From the sequence record SRR2962707_660: a stretch of DNA of 64,000 bases; one strand, written 5' to 3'. Position numbers and translations under genes: made by a program. This document shows positions 21,982-33,518 of this stretch, one piece after another. Under the pieces are notes generated by a model that saw nothing but the letters and a program-made list of their open reading frames with translations, was not told the origin of the DNA and did no database searches. The stretch's first letter is position 1. Each line of letters starts with the position of its first letter.

Positions 21982-22959
21982 TCAACCCTTCAGGCGCGCC
22001 ACGACACAGGCTTCGCGGCCAAGGCCTGCATTCGCGAACGACCTGTAGAGATCGCGCCGTGTCTCTGCGAGACCGGCCTGCTCGAACAGGTTTTCCATGC
22101 GAACGCGGCGCAGATGGCTCGCGCGCCCAATTTCCGGTGTCTCGACGTAATTGTCTCCCATCGCAAGAAAGAGATCGATGGGGAAGCTGCAAAAGCGCGA
22201 TACGGGCTCGAAACCCCGGGCGGTCACGAGGCCCTCCAGGCTCTCGAAATCGAAATAGTTGAGATGGTGCTTCACCGCTACCCACCAAGGCCGATAGCCT
22301 TCGACCTTCCGAAGAGCCTTCTGGATTGGGTTGTAGTCGTTCGGCACGACCGCGACGAGAAGCCCTCCGGGCTTCAGCCGCCGTGCGGCTTCCTCGATCA
22401 TCGCGGCGGGTGCGGGGACATGTTCCAGCACGTTGCGCATGTGAACGACGTCGAAGGGCTCGCGCAAACCGGATACTGCTCCTTCAAATGTATCCTCAAT
22501 GACGGTGAGACCCTTACCCTGGCAATGGGAGGCGGCGGTGTGGCCGGGTTCCACCCCCGTGGCCTCCCATCCCGCCATCGACGCGGCTTCGAGAAATATT
22601 CCAGCGCCGCAGCCAACATCGAGAAGCCTGCGGCCCGATCCGGGCGCGAGTTGATTCTCGATTTCAGCAAGGACGTCGCCGTAGCTCACCATCCACCAGT
22701 CCCGGTCGCGCTCGTAATAAGCGATCCGGTCGCGCGTCACATCGTCGTAGTAGTTGTCCTTGTAGTCTTGCTCAAGAGCCCGGGCATCCGGCAGGGGCGA
22801 GATGTGGACAAAACCGCAGGTTTCGCAGGCAATGACATCGCGCCCCTCGGAGCTGTCGAGCACCTTGCCGCCATGTTCGCCACGCTCCCGCATCTTCTGG
22901 ATGACCTGTTCGATAGGTTGCACGAATCTCCTCTTTATATCACGTGCCGTCCGAGCCAT
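21982..22959 (-). CDS. Class I SAM methyltransferase with N-terminal CxxC
   Basis: CETCGF, LLDVGCGAGIFL, GVEP, FDVV...VLEHVPAP...LKPGG...VPN; start uncertain. Confidence 0.85.
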   Translation of the reverse strand: MARTARDIKRRFVQPIEQVIQKMRERGEHGGKVLDSSEGRDVIACETCGFVHISPLPDARALEQDYKDNYYDDVTRDRIAYYERDRDWWMVSYGDVLAEIENQLAPGSGRRLLDVGCGAGIFLEAASMAGWEATGVEPGHTAASHCQGKGLTVIEDTFEGAVSGLREPFDVVHMRNVLEHVPAPAAMIEEAARRLKPGGLLVAVVPNDYNPIQKALRKVEGYRPWWVAVKHHLNYFDFESLEGLVTARGFEPVSRFCSFPIDLFLAMGDNYVETPEIGRASHLRRVRMENLFEQAGLAETRRDLYRSFANAGLGREACVVARLKG

Positions 22960-23003
22960 CTGCCACCGCCAACCGCTTGCGGCATCCCCCTGAAAATGCG
23001 AAA

Positions 23004-23039
23004 CCAGACTGACCGTCGCGCCCAGACTGACCGTCGCGC
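23004..23039. repeat. Perfect 18-bp tandem duplication CCAGACTGACCGTCGCGC x2
   Basis: Copies at 23004-23021 and 23022-23039, in the divergent methyltransferase/galU intergenic region. Confidence 0.9.
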
Positions 23040-23075
23040 GTTGTCGACAAGCGCCGCCAAGAGCATATCACCGCC

Positions 23076-23966
23076 ATGAACACGACCTCCCCCCGCAAGA
23101 TCAGAAAAGCCGTTTTCCCCGTCGCTGGCCTCGGCACGCGCTTTCTTCCGGCCACAAAAGTTATCCCGAAAGAAATGCTGACCGTAGTGGACAAACCGGT
23201 CATCCAGTACGCGGTAGAGGAAGCGATTGAAGCCGGCATCGAGCATTTTGTGTTCGTAACCGGACGCGGCAAAGGTGCCATCGAAGACCATTTCGATCTC
23301 GCCTACGAACTGGAGGCGACACTGAAGTCGCGCGGCAAGACTGCCGAGTTCGAGATGCTTCGTGCGAGCCGCCCCGTCGCGGGGGGCGCAAGCTTCGTCC
23401 GCCAGCAGGAACCCCTCGGCCTCGGGCATGCCGTCTGGTGCGCGCGCGACATCGTCGGCGACGAACCCTTTGCGCTTGCCCTTCCCGATATGCTCGTCCA
23501 TGGGGAGCGGGGTTGCTTCGCGCAGATGATCGAGGTTTACGAGAAACACGGCGGTAACGTGATCGCGGTAGAGGAAGTACCGCATGAACATGTGAACCGC
23601 TACGGGATTGTCGCTCTCGCGGAAGATCTCGGTAACGAGACGCACCGGATCACCGGCATGGTGGAAAAGCCGAAGATCGAGGAAGCACCTTCCAACCTCA
23701 TCATCTCAGGCCGCTACATTCTGCAACCGGATATATTCGGGAAGCTCGAAACCCAGAAGCCCGGTGCGGGGGGCGAGATTCAGTTGACGGATGCGATGAT
23801 CGCCCTCCTCGCGGAACAGGATTTCTACTCGTATCGCTTTGAGGGCACCATCTACGATTGCGGCGACAAGATCGGCTATCTCGCCGCCAACGTAGCGCTC
23901 GCACTCGACCGTCCGGACATCGAACCGAAGTTCCGGCCGCTGCTCGATAAACTGATCCGCGACTGA
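23076..23966 (+). CDS. galU: UTP--glucose-1-phosphate uridylyltransferase
   Basis: KAVFPVAGLGTRFLPATK..PKEML, RQQEPLGLGHAV, VEKP, GEIQLTDAM. Confidence 0.96.
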   Translation: MNTTSPRKIRKAVFPVAGLGTRFLPATKVIPKEMLTVVDKPVIQYAVEEAIEAGIEHFVFVTGRGKGAIEDHFDLAYELEATLKSRGKTAEFEMLRASRPVAGGASFVRQQEPLGLGHAVWCARDIVGDEPFALALPDMLVHGERGCFAQMIEVYEKHGGNVIAVEEVPHEHVNRYGIVALAEDLGNETHRITGMVEKPKIEEAPSNLIISGRYILQPDIFGKLETQKPGAGGEIQLTDAMIALLAEQDFYSYRFEGTIYDCGDKIGYLAANVALALDRPDIEPKFRPLLDKLIRD

Positions 23967-23984
23967 AAACCTGCAGATAAGGCG

Positions 23985-25520
23985 TCAATAGGCGTTGCGC
24001 CCGATGAACCCATAAAATGGCGTCATCGCCAGGACCTTCAGGTCGAACCATACAGACCAGTGTTCGATGTAATAGAGGTCGTGTTCGACGCGGCGGCGCA
24101 TCTTTTCCGGCGCGCCGGTTTCACCGCGATAGCCGTTGACCTGCGCCCAGCCGGTCATGCCTGGCTTGACTTTGTGGCGGTTCGCATATCGGCCCAGAAC
24201 GCTTGAATAGTATTCGTTGTGCGAAAGAGCATGAGGGCGCGGGCCAACAAGGGACATGTCGCCCTTCAGCACATTAAAGAGCTGAGGCAGTTCGTCGAGG
24301 CTCGTCTTGCGAAGGAACCGTCCTACACGGGTGATGCGCGGATCGTGGCGCATCGCCTGCACGACGGTTTTTTCATCCTCTCCCGTCACATACATCGTGC
24401 GGAACTTGTAGACGTTGAACACTTCGTGATTGAAGCCATGCCGCCTCTGTTTGAAGATCACGCTTCCCTTGCTGTCGAACTTGATGGCAGCGGCAACAGC
24501 AAGAAAAAGCGGCGCAAAACCGACAAGTAAAAGAGCGGCAAGCACACGGTCTTCAATGTTCTTGATGATCGGCGCCCAGTCGTCCATCGGACGCCTTTCG
24601 AGCTCCAGCACCGTCAACCCTTGATAGTTGAGCAGCCCCTTGGGCGGAATACGGAAGCTCGTCGAGCTCGGACATATCCTGATATCGGACGGGAGCAGCG
24701 AAAGCTGTTCCACAAGATTTGCAATTCGCAGCTCGTCGGCAAGCGGCATGGCGATCAGAATTTCATCGACGCGATGCCTCTGTCCGAAAACGATCAAGTC
24801 GGAAAGACCGCCGCGTACCGGAACATGCGGATTTTCTCCGTCGCGAAGGTCGTCGAACACACCGACCACGCGGAGATTCATGGAGGACAGACCCACTTTC
24901 CGTATCAGGTTCTCGGCTATTTCACCGCTGCCATATATGGCGACGTGCCTGGCGAACCAGCCGAGCGCCCCCCACCACTGCAGAATACGGGCACCCGCGA
25001 GATGCAGCGTCATGACGCCTGAAACGGAAAACGCAAACCATAGCGCGAACCAGCCGCGCGAATAGTCTTCCGATATCTTCAGGAGATACCCGGCAGCCAT
25101 CAGCACAAGAGCTGTGGCCAGAAACCCGAACAGTATGCGCCTCGTTTGGCCGCGAACGTGGCTCAGTACATGGAACTCATAGAGCTGCCGGTATCTGAAA
25201 ATCGTAACGCTGAGAATGGCGCCAACACCGGCGACCACGGCGTAGGGCACTGACCCCGCGGCGGTGCCGAGATGAAGATTGATATACGTCCACTTGGCGA
25301 GCAACGCCGCGCCCATGATGATTGCTCCGTCGGCGCACATCATCAAATCGGCAATAACACGCTTGGAAACAAGCGCTTGCTCAGCGCCCCCCTCCCTGGC
25401 GCCCGAGGGAGCGCCTTCTTCACGCAAAGTTTTTGAAGGATCGGGGGACAAACCGCCCTGCGCCTGTCCGGAGGACGCGAAGACGATATTCTCGTCCGGT
25501 CTTTCTCCCAACCTGCGCAT
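23985..25520 (-). CDS. wcaJ: Undecaprenyl-phosphate glucose phosphotransferase (WcaJ/HfsE-type priming GT)
   Basis: YSRGWF, VVGVFDD, FKQRRHG...KFRTM, DPRITRVGRFLRKTSLDELPQ, VGPRPHA, RHKVKPGMTGWAQVNGYRGET. Confidence 0.88.
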   Translation of the reverse strand: MRRLGERPDENIVFASSGQAQGGLSPDPSKTLREEGAPSGAREGGAEQALVSKRVIADLMMCADGAIIMGAALLAKWTYINLHLGTAAGSVPYAVVAGVGAILSVTIFRYRQLYEFHVLSHVRGQTRRILFGFLATALVLMAAGYLLKISEDYSRGWFALWFAFSVSGVMTLHLAGARILQWWGALGWFARHVAIYGSGEIAENLIRKVGLSSMNLRVVGVFDDLRDGENPHVPVRGGLSDLIVFGQRHRVDEILIAMPLADELRIANLVEQLSLLPSDIRICPSSTSFRIPPKGLLNYQGLTVLELERRPMDDWAPIIKNIEDRVLAALLLVGFAPLFLAVAAAIKFDSKGSVIFKQRRHGFNHEVFNVYKFRTMYVTGEDEKTVVQAMRHDPRITRVGRFLRKTSLDELPQLFNVLKGDMSLVGPRPHALSHNEYYSSVLGRYANRHKVKPGMTGWAQVNGYRGETGAPEKMRRRVEHDLYYIEHWSVWFDLKVLAMTPFYGFIGRNAY

Positions 25521-25877
25521 TATCGCACTTCCCCAAAAGCTCAGTGGGGCGCGGCCGATTCAAGGCCGACGCACAGCAGACGATACCCCGAGTAAAGGCG
25601 CCCGTTCAATTCCCGTTGCACAGGCGATCAGCTTCCTCTACCGAAACGATAGTCTAACTTCTCACCCTTCCCGGCGAAACCTGCTGGAAGTCATATGACT
25701 GAAGTTGCATGCAGTTTGATTTGAGTTGGTACAAGTCAATCACACCGCCCTCATTAAACCGCAACATAAGGTAGATCCGGCCACCTTTCACTCTACCCAT
25801 AGAAGATTGGCTGACCTCGTCTGACCGTGGCCAGGGTGGCTGGGACACGAATTTCCTCCGTGCCGGGAATGCCGGCC

Positions 25878-26954
25878 TCAGTCCGGAACGCCGAATGATC
25901 CGAACTGGGCCTTTCCCGATAGCCGTTGCACGTCGGCGGCAACCATTTCGCCCACCAACGAGCGAAATTTCACTCTCGGTACCCAGCCCAGTTCCGCGCG
26001 CGCCCTCGAAGCATCACCAAGTGACGCGGCAACCTCCGAAGGCCGGAAAAAGGCCGGGTCGATCGTGACAAGCAATTCCCGGGTTGCGGTGTCGATACCG
26101 GTTTCGTCTACCCCTTCGCCGCTCCACTCAAGTTCCCTTCCAATTTCCGCGAACGCCATTTCAACAAACTCGCGCACCGAATGATCCTCGCCGGTCGCGA
26201 CAACATAGTCTCCGGGAGTCTTGTGCTGAAGCATGAGCCACATGGCCTCGACATAATCTCGCGCATGTCCCCAATCTCGCCTGACATCGAGGTTTCCCAG
26301 TCGGAGAGGTTGTCTGTCTCCCAGATGCCGAGCCGCGACTGCATGCGAAATCTTCCGCGTGACGAACGACAGGCTCCGATAAGGGCTCTCATGATTGAAG
26401 AGGATACCATTCGAAGCGAAGAAACCGGCGGCTTCACGAAACTGCACCGTCGCCTCAAACGCCTCGCCCTTCGAAAGAGCGTATGGATTCAAGGGACGAC
26501 GCGGCGTCTCTTCGGTCCGGGGACCATCAACTGCATCGCCGAACATCTCCGAACTCGACGCTTGGAAGAAGCGTACATCGCGCGATGGATAGACCTGTCG
26601 CAACGCGTCCAGAAGCTGCACTGTGCCCGCCACGTTCACCTCCGCCGTAGCTTTGGGATCTTCCAAGCTTGTCTGAACATGCGTTTGCGCCGCGAGATTA
26701 TAGACCTCCGCAGGCCGCACCTTGCCGACGATATCCAGTACAGCAGCGCGGTCCCGCAGGTCGCAGCTGTGCAGGCAAAGGCGGCTTTCGAGATCTGCGA
26801 ATTTTTGAAATCTTCCCCGGTCGAGGCTCTCTGCGGTTCGGGAAAGCCCGTGAACGAGATATCCCTTTTCAAGCAGCAGCTCAGCGAGATAGCCGCCATC
26901 CTGCCCGGTAATGCCGGTTACCAGAGCGACGGGCGCATCTGAGTTACGATGCAA
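25878..26954 (-). CDS. gmd: GDP-mannose 4,6-dehydratase, divergent second copy
   Basis: [64 protein letters not shown]; start uncertain (TTG assumed). Confidence 0.82.
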   Translation of the reverse strand: MHRNSDAPVALVTGITGQDGGYLAELLLEKGYLVHGLSRTAESLDRGRFQKFADLESRLCLHSCDLRDRAAVLDIVGKVRPAEVYNLAAQTHVQTSLEDPKATAEVNVAGTVQLLDALRQVYPSRDVRFFQASSSEMFGDAVDGPRTEETPRRPLNPYALSKGEAFEATVQFREAAGFFASNGILFNHESPYRSLSFVTRKISHAVAARHLGDRQPLRLGNLDVRRDWGHARDYVEAMWLMLQHKTPGDYVVATGEDHSVREFVEMAFAEIGRELEWSGEGVDETGIDTATRELLVTIDPAFFRPSEVAASLGDASRARAELGWVPRVKFRSLVGEMVAADVQRLSGKAQFGSFGVPD

Positions 26955-27001
26955 TGTCTCGGCAATCGGCAAATCGGCAAACCTGCGACGTTGAAAGGCG
27001 G

Positions 27002-28081
27002 TTAGTCGTGCCGGCTGACCCGGTTGGCTTCCCGGGCAACTGTCTTGAGATCGGCGGCGACCATTTCGGCCACAAGGTCGGGGAACTGGGTCTCGTGGCG
27101 CCAACCGAGCTGCCGGTGGGCCTTGCTCGCATCGCCCAGGAGCACATCGACTTCTGTCGGACGGAAATAGCGCGGGTCGATGCGGACCAGAACTTTTCCG
27201 CTTACGCCATCGACACCCGTTTCATCGGCGCCCTGACCCTTCCACACAATATGCCGGCCGACTTCGGCGAAGGCCAGTTCGACGAACTCGCGCACGGAAT
27301 GGGTTTCACCGGTCGCAAGCACGTAATCATCCGGCACGTCCTGCTGCACAATCCGCCACATGCCTTCCACATAGTCACGGGAATGCCCCCAATCGCGGCG
27401 CGCATCGATATTGCCGAGAAAGAGAACGTCCTGAAGCCCCAGTTCGATTGCGGCAACGGCGCGCGTGATCTTGCGGGTAACGAAGGTTTCGCCCCGTGTC
27501 GGCCCCTCATGATTGAACAGGATTCCGTTCGAGGCGTGCATGCCATAAGCCTCGCGGTAGTTCACCGTGGTCCAGAACGCATAGAGCTTGGCGACCGCAT
27601 AGGGGCTGCGGGGATAGAACGGGGTGCTCTCGTTCTGCGGCGTTTCTTGCGTCTTTCCGTATAGTTCGGAGGTCGAAGCCTGATAAAACCGGACGGTCCC
27701 CGACATGCCGAGAATGCGGATTGCCTCCAAGAGGCGCAGCGTGCCGATAGCATCGGCGTTCGCCGTATATTCGGGCGTCTCGAAACTTACATGAACGTGG
27801 CTTTGGGCGGCGAGGTTGTAGATTTCGTCCGGCTGCGTTTCCTGAACGATCCGGATGAGGTTCGTCGCATCCGTCAAGTCGCCGTAATGGAGAAAAAGGC
27901 GCACACAATCGAGATGGGGGTCCTGATAAAGGTCATCGATCCGGCCCGTGTTGAACGAGGACGAACGGCGCTTTACGCCATGGACGATATAACCTTTGTC
28001 GAGCAGCAAACGGGCAAGCCAGGCACCGTCCTGGCCGGTAATGCCGGTGATCAGGGCTCTCTTCGATGTCGACGCCGTCAC
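27002..28081 (-). CDS. gmd: GDP-mannose 4,6-dehydratase
   Basis: [61 protein letters not shown]. Confidence 0.95.
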   Translation of the reverse strand: MTASTSKRALITGITGQDGAWLARLLLDKGYIVHGVKRRSSSFNTGRIDDLYQDPHLDCVRLFLHYGDLTDATNLIRIVQETQPDEIYNLAAQSHVHVSFETPEYTANADAIGTLRLLEAIRILGMSGTVRFYQASTSELYGKTQETPQNESTPFYPRSPYAVAKLYAFWTTVNYREAYGMHASNGILFNHEGPTRGETFVTRKITRAVAAIELGLQDVLFLGNIDARRDWGHSRDYVEGMWRIVQQDVPDDYVLATGETHSVREFVELAFAEVGRHIVWKGQGADETGVDGVSGKVLVRIDPRYFRPTEVDVLLGDASKAHRQLGWRHETQFPDLVAEMVAADLKTVAREANRVSRHD

Positions 28082-28319
28082 ATTCGCTCCTCATGAGGAT
28101 CACCGGGCGGGACGCTCGGCCTCGAGTCCCGGGAATTGAGCTTTTTTTTCCCCTCCTTGCAAGCCCGTTAACTCTCACGGCAAAAAGACCACTGATCGGA
28201 AGCAGAGGCGCCGCACTTTGAGGTCCCTATCTCGTATGCTGCCGCTGTTGCCGCATTTGTTCCGCCTCGCTTCTCGCTATACGATTACCTCCTCACCCAT
28301 TGGAAACAGCGATCCCTTC

Positions 28320-28889
28320 ATGATTGAGATTGAAGAAACCGCCATCCCCGACGTCAAAGTCCTGCGACCGAAACGTTTCGGCGATTCCAGAGGTTATTTT
28401 TCCGAGACCTATAACAAGCAGGCTCTGGCCGAAGCCGGCATCGATTTCGACGCCATCCAGGACAATGAATCTCTCTCGGCTGCGGCCGGGACGATCCGCG
28501 GCCTTCATTTTCAGAAGCCCGACGCCGCCCAGGCAAAACTTGTGCGCGTCCTGTCGGGCTCGATCTTTGACGTGGCGGTCGACCTCAGGCGCGGATCGCC
28601 TAGCTATGGCCAGCATGTCGGCGTCACACTGACGGCAGACGACTGGACACAGATCCTCATTCCAAAGGGATTTGCCCACGGATTTTGCACGCTTGCTCCC
28701 GATACGCGCGTCTTTTACAAGGTTGACGCTTATTACTCTCAAGCGCTCGACGCAGGTCTCATATGGGACGATGCTGACCTGGCAATCGACTGGCGGGTAT
28801 CGCCGGACAAGGTCACGCTTTCGGAAAAGGACGGCCGGTTGCCGCGCTTCTCGGATTTCGATAGTCCTTTCGTTTATCAAGGCGGCTGA
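28320..28889 (+). CDS. rfbC: dTDP-4-dehydrorhamnose 3,5-epimerase
   Basis: [38 protein letters not shown]. Confidence 0.95.
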   Translation: MIEIEETAIPDVKVLRPKRFGDSRGYFSETYNKQALAEAGIDFDAIQDNESLSAAAGTIRGLHFQKPDAAQAKLVRVLSGSIFDVAVDLRRGSPSYGQHVGVTLTADDWTQILIPKGFAHGFCTLAPDTRVFYKVDAYYSQALDAGLIWDDADLAIDWRVSPDKVTLSEKDGRLPRFSDFDSPFVYQGG

Positions 28890-28918
28890 GAACCACGAGA
28901 GCAATCGGGGGACGTTCT

Positions 28919-29980
28919 ATGCGTATCATGGTTACCGGCGGTGCGGGCTTCATCGGATCGGCTGTGATCCGTATGCTGATCGGCGACACCGATCATCATG
29001 TGTTGAACGTTGATAGCCTCACCTATGCAGGCAATCTGGACTCGCTCGCAGCCGTCTCCGAAAACAACCGGTACAGCTTCTCCCGCACGGATATCCGCGA
29101 TCTCGCCGCTCTTCGGGAGGCCGTCACAGGCTTTGGCCCGGACATCATCATGCATCTGGCGGCAGAAACGCATGTCGACAGGTCGATCGATGGCCCCGCC
29201 GCTTTCATCGAAACCAATCTGGTCGGCACAGCCAATCTGCTGGAGGCGGCCCGCGCTCATTTGGAAACCCTCAAGGACGCCGCGAAGGCGCGGTTCCGCT
29301 TTCACCACATATCGACCGACGAGGTATTCGGATCGCTTGGGGAAACCGGCGCCTTCACCGAGGAAACATCCTACGCGCCGAACTCCCCCTATTCGGCGTC
29401 GAAAGCGGGCTCGGACCATCTCGTGCGGGCATGGCGCGAGACCTATGGACTTCCAACAGTCACGAGCAACTGCTCGAACAATTACGGTCCCTTTCAGTTT
29501 CCCGAAAAGCTGATCCCGCTCATCGTGCTCAATGCTCTGGAGGGAAAGCCGCTGCCGGTCTACGGCGCCGGCACACAGATACGAGACTGGCTCCATGTCG
29601 ACGATCATGCCCGCGCCCTGATCACCATTGCGACACGCGGTGCCATCGGCGAAACCTACAATGTCGGTGGCAACGCTGAACGCACCAACATCGACGTCGT
29701 TCGCACGATATGCCGTATTCTCGATGAGTCGCGCGCCGGATCGCCGCATTGTCCGCATGAAGAGCTGATCGCTTTCGTTGCGGACCGGCCGGGCCACGAC
29801 AAACGCTACGCCATCGACGCCTCGAAAATCGCCCGTGAGCTGGGCTGGCACCCGCAGGAGAACTTCGAGAGCGGATTGCGCAAGACGATCGCGTGGTATC
29901 TCGAAAACCGCGAATGGTGGGAGCGCGTGCGTTCCGGCCTTTACCGGGGCGAACGCCTCGGCCTGACGACTGCCGGATAA
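28919..29980 (+). CDS. rfbB: dTDP-glucose 4,6-dehydratase
   Basis: [56 protein letters not shown]. Confidence 0.96.
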   Translation: MRIMVTGGAGFIGSAVIRMLIGDTDHHVLNVDSLTYAGNLDSLAAVSENNRYSFSRTDIRDLAALREAVTGFGPDIIMHLAAETHVDRSIDGPAAFIETNLVGTANLLEAARAHLETLKDAAKARFRFHHISTDEVFGSLGETGAFTEETSYAPNSPYSASKAGSDHLVRAWRETYGLPTVTSNCSNNYGPFQFPEKLIPLIVLNALEGKPLPVYGAGTQIRDWLHVDDHARALITIATRGAIGETYNVGGNAERTNIDVVRTICRILDESRAGSPHCPHEELIAFVADRPGHDKRYAIDASKIARELGWHPQENFESGLRKTIAWYLENREWWERVRSGLYRGERLGLTTAG

Positions 29981-29990
29981 GCGCTCCTTC

Positions 29991-30908
29991 ATGACGCCAA
30001 CAAACGCTTCCAGACACATGCTCGTAACAGGTGCCGGCGGACAAGTCGCCACCGAATTGGTGGCGGAGAGCGGCGCTCTGGGATTTTCGATCATGGCGCT
30101 CTCGCGAAGCCAGCTCGACATCACCGATGCTGACGCCATCGCACAAGCGATTGCCACGCATAGGCCCGGCATTGTCGTCAACGCAGCCGCCTACACCGCC
30201 GTCGACAAGGCGGAGAGCGAACCGGAACTCGCAAATGCCGTCAACGCACGCGGGCCCGGCTTGCTCGGTGCAGCCTGCGATGCTGCCGGGATTCCGCTTT
30301 TCCACATCTCCACCGACTATGTTTTCGATGGGAGCGCCACACGCGCCTGGCAGGAGGACGATCCTGTAAATCCCCTCGGCGTCTATGGCCGAAGCAAGGC
30401 CGAGGGAGAGGCTCTACTGCGACGGGCCACGCAGCGCCACATCATTCTTCGAACGGCCTGGATATTCGGTGCGCAGGGCAATAACTTCGTCAAAACCATA
30501 CTGCGGCTCGCCGGCGAACGGGACCGGCTTTCCGTTGTGGACGACCAATTCGGTAATCCGACCTCGGCGACGGACATCGCCCACATATTGCTGCAGCTGG
30601 CATCTTCTTGCATCGATCAAATGAAAGCCGGGGAAGACCCTTATTGGGGAACATATCATTTCTGCAATGCTGGAGTGACAAGCTGGTGCGGCTTTGCCCG
30701 CGCCATCATGGAAGGCTCGTCATGCCGGGGGGGACCTTCCGTTCCGGTCACGCCGATTGCCACTGCCGAATACCCCACACCCGCCAAAAGACCGGCCAAC
30801 TCGGCGCTCGACTGTGGCGAGCTGAAAACCGTATTCGGTATCGTTCCTCGGCCATGGGAGGAAGCGCTCGACGATGTTCTCGACCGGCTCCTTGAGCCGC
30901 GCGGCTAA
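29991..30908 (+). CDS. rfbD: dTDP-4-dehydrorhamnose reductase
   Basis: [48 protein letters not shown]. Confidence 0.95.
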   Translation: MTPTNASRHMLVTGAGGQVATELVAESGALGFSIMALSRSQLDITDADAIAQAIATHRPGIVVNAAAYTAVDKAESEPELANAVNARGPGLLGAACDAAGIPLFHISTDYVFDGSATRAWQEDDPVNPLGVYGRSKAEGEALLRRATQRHIILRTAWIFGAQGNNFVKTILRLAGERDRLSVVDDQFGNPTSATDIAHILLQLASSCIDQMKAGEDPYWGTYHFCNAGVTSWCGFARAIMEGSSCRGGPSVPVTPIATAEYPTPAKRPANSALDCGELKTVFGIVPRPWEEALDDVLDRLLEPRG

Positions 30909-30936
30909 CGGCAGGAAAGAGCGAAAGGTATCGGGC

Positions 30937-31812
30937 ATGAAGGGCATTATCCTCGCGGGCGGCAGCGGAACTCGCCTCTATCCCGTCACCAAGGCCGTTT
31001 CGAAGCAACTCCTCCCCGTCTACGACAAGCCGATGATCTATTATCCGCTGACGACGCTGATGCTCGCCGGCATCCGGGACATCCTTGTCATCACCACACC
31101 TCATGACGCCGCCGCCTTCGAGCACCTGCTGGGCGACGGCAGCGACTGGGGCATCTCCATATCCTACGCCGTGCAGCCAAAGCCCGAAGGCCTCGCCCAG
31201 GCATTCATCATCGGCCGGAATTTCATCGGCGGCGATCGCTGCGCGCTCATGCTTGGCGACAACATATTCTACGGCAGCGGACTGTCCGGCATCCTCCAGC
31301 GCGCCGCGCAACGGAGCGAGGGCGCAACCGTATTCGGCTATTGGGTCCGTGACCCGGACCGCTACGGCGTCGTCGAATTCGACGCGAAAGGGAACGCCAT
31401 TTCCATCGAGGAGAAACCAGAAAACCCGAAGTCGAACTATGCCGTGACGGGCCTCTATTTCTACGACTCGCGCGTAAGCGATCTCGCCACCGAGGTCCGT
31501 CCTTCGGCGCGTGGCGAACTCGAAATCACGACGTTGAACGAGATATATCTGGAGCAGGGAGCATTGACGGTCGAAATGCTCGGCCGGGGATTCACCTGGC
31601 TCGACACCGGCACGCACCAGTCTCTGCTGCAGGCCGGCGCCTTTGTCGAAACGATCGAAGAGCGCCAGAATCTCAAGATCGGAAGTCCCGACGAGGTTGC
31701 GTTCCGAATGGGATATATCGACGCCGAGCAAGTTCTGAAAATTGCACGCGGTATCGGCAAGAGCAGCTACGGCGACTATTTGCGGGCGCTGGTGAAGGAC
31801 GACCGGAGATAG
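30937..31812 (+). CDS. rfbA: Glucose-1-phosphate thymidylyltransferase
   Basis: [16 protein letters not shown]...[33 protein letters not shown]. Confidence 0.97.
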   Translation: MKGIILAGGSGTRLYPVTKAVSKQLLPVYDKPMIYYPLTTLMLAGIRDILVITTPHDAAAFEHLLGDGSDWGISISYAVQPKPEGLAQAFIIGRNFIGGDRCALMLGDNIFYGSGLSGILQRAAQRSEGATVFGYWVRDPDRYGVVEFDAKGNAISIEEKPENPKSNYAVTGLYFYDSRVSDLATEVRPSARGELEITTLNEIYLEQGALTVEMLGRGFTWLDTGTHQSLLQAGAFVETIEERQNLKIGSPDEVAFRMGYIDAEQVLKIARGIGKSSYGDYLRALVKDDRR

Positions 31813-31858
31813 ATCGCACTACACCCGCTACGGATTCCAAGTTACTGGGAGCGAGAAG

Positions 31859-33184
31859 ATGAAAGTGACCATGATCGGAACGGGCTATGTAGGCCTCGTC
31901 ACCGGCGCCTGCTTTGCCGATCTCGGTCACGAAGTTGCCTGCGTCGAAATCGACGAAGGAAAGCTTGCAAGACTTCTCGACGGGGAAATCCCGATATACG
32001 AGCCGGGCCTCGAAGACATGGTTGCGCGCAACGTCGACGCAGGACGCCTTTCCTTCACCGGAAAGGCCGCCGAGGCCGTCCCGGCAAGCGACGCGGTGTT
32101 CATTTGCGTCGGCACGCCGCCCCGTGACGACGGTGACGCCGACCTTACTTACGTCCACGCCGCCGCTCGCGACGTCGCACCCAACCTGAGCGGCTACACC
32201 GTCGTTGTCGACAAGTCGACGGTACCAGTCGGAACCGGCGACGACGTCACGGCAATCATTCGCGCCGGGAACCCAAAGGCCGAGTTCGATGTCGCATCGA
32301 ACCCGGAATTTCTCCGCGAGGGCAACGCAATCGACGATTTTATGAAACCGGATCGTGTCGTGATTGGCGTCGACGCGCCGCGCGCTCGCGCCGTCATGCA
32401 GGCCCTCTACCGGCCGCTGACGCTGAACGAAACGCCGATCCTCTATACCAGCCGCGCCACGGCGGAACTGACCAAGTATGCCGCCAATGCCTTTCTCGCC
32501 ATGAAGGTCACCTTCATCAACGAAATTGCCGACATCTGCGAACACGTCGGCGCCGACGTGCAGGACGTTTCCCGCGGCATCGGTCTCGACACCCGCATCG
32601 GCACCAAATTCCTCCAGGCGGGCGCGGGCTTCGGTGGCTCCTGCTTCCCGAAAGACACGCTGGCGCTGACCGGCACGGCGCGCAAGGTTGGCCGGCCGAC
32701 AAAGATCGTGGAGGCCGTGATGGCCGCCAACGACGAACGCAAACGCCGCATGGCCGTAAAGATCATCGACGCCTGCAGCGGCAGCGTCGCAGGAAAAACC
32801 ATCGGCATCCTCGGCGTGACCTTCAAGCCGAATACGGACGACATGCGCGACGCGCCGAGCCTCGACATCATTCCGCTGCTTCAGCAAGCAGGCGCGCAAA
32901 TCAGGGCTTACGACCCGGAAGGCATGCGCGAAGCGCGCAAGTATCTGACGGACATCGAATGGACGGAGGACGCCTATGGCGTAATGCCGGGCGCCGACGC
33001 ACTTCTCATTCTCACCGAATGGAACGAATTCCGCGTTCTCGACCTCGACCGCGTGCGGCGCGAACTGAAGAAGCCGTTGATCGTCGACCTGCGCAACATT
33101 TACCGCCCGGAAGAAATCGCCGAAGCAGGCTTCACCTATCATTCTGTCGGGAGAAAGACAGCCGCACCGGCGCGCTCCGCCTGA
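31859..33184 (+). CDS. ugd: UDP-glucose 6-dehydrogenase
   Basis: IGTGYVGL, KSTVPVGT, SNPEFLREG, GFGGSCFPKD, FKPNTDDMR. Confidence 0.94.
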   Translation: MKVTMIGTGYVGLVTGACFADLGHEVACVEIDEGKLARLLDGEIPIYEPGLEDMVARNVDAGRLSFTGKAAEAVPASDAVFICVGTPPRDDGDADLTYVHAAARDVAPNLSGYTVVVDKSTVPVGTGDDVTAIIRAGNPKAEFDVASNPEFLREGNAIDDFMKPDRVVIGVDAPRARAVMQALYRPLTLNETPILYTSRATAELTKYAANAFLAMKVTFINEIADICEHVGADVQDVSRGIGLDTRIGTKFLQAGAGFGGSCFPKDTLALTGTARKVGRPTKIVEAVMAANDERKRRMAVKIIDACSGSVAGKTIGILGVTFKPNTDDMRDAPSLDIIPLLQQAGAQIRAYDPEGMREARKYLTDIEWTEDAYGVMPGADALLILTEWNEFRVLDLDRVRRELKKPLIVDLRNIYRPEEIAEAGFTYHSVGRKTAAPARSA

Positions 33185-33518
33185 TCATCTAACGAGCAGA
33201 GGTATTTTGCGAAGATCCGCATCGGAAAACAGCGCCCGGAGCTGCATAGCAATCTTCGCTGACGCGGAACATAAGCTGCCATCGTACGAGAGTATAGTCG
33301 ACTTGGTTTCTGCTTTTCATATGCGGCGGATCACTTGCGTGCCAACAAAGCGTGTTGCTCACATACCTGCAACAAGGGCGGTTTGTGAGCAGGGGGGGAA
33401 AGTCAAAAGCTTCCTCCCTTTCTCTGAAGGAGAAATATCTGCCGTTGCACTCAGCCTCGGAGCGATTTCATACTGATATTTGAAGATGAGCTGGACCGGC
33501 AGTTTACACGGGCTGAAT

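Noticed and set aside
23004-23039. Possible CRISPR or att site
   Set aside because: Only two abutting copies with no spacers, cas genes or integrase
21895-23079. 394-aa plus-strand ORF
   Set aside because: Antisense to the methyltransferase, which has clear SAM motifs
28877-33142. Long minus-strand ORFs (434, 327 and 489 aa)
   Set aside because: Shadows of rfbB, rfbA and ugd, typical of high-GC codon bias
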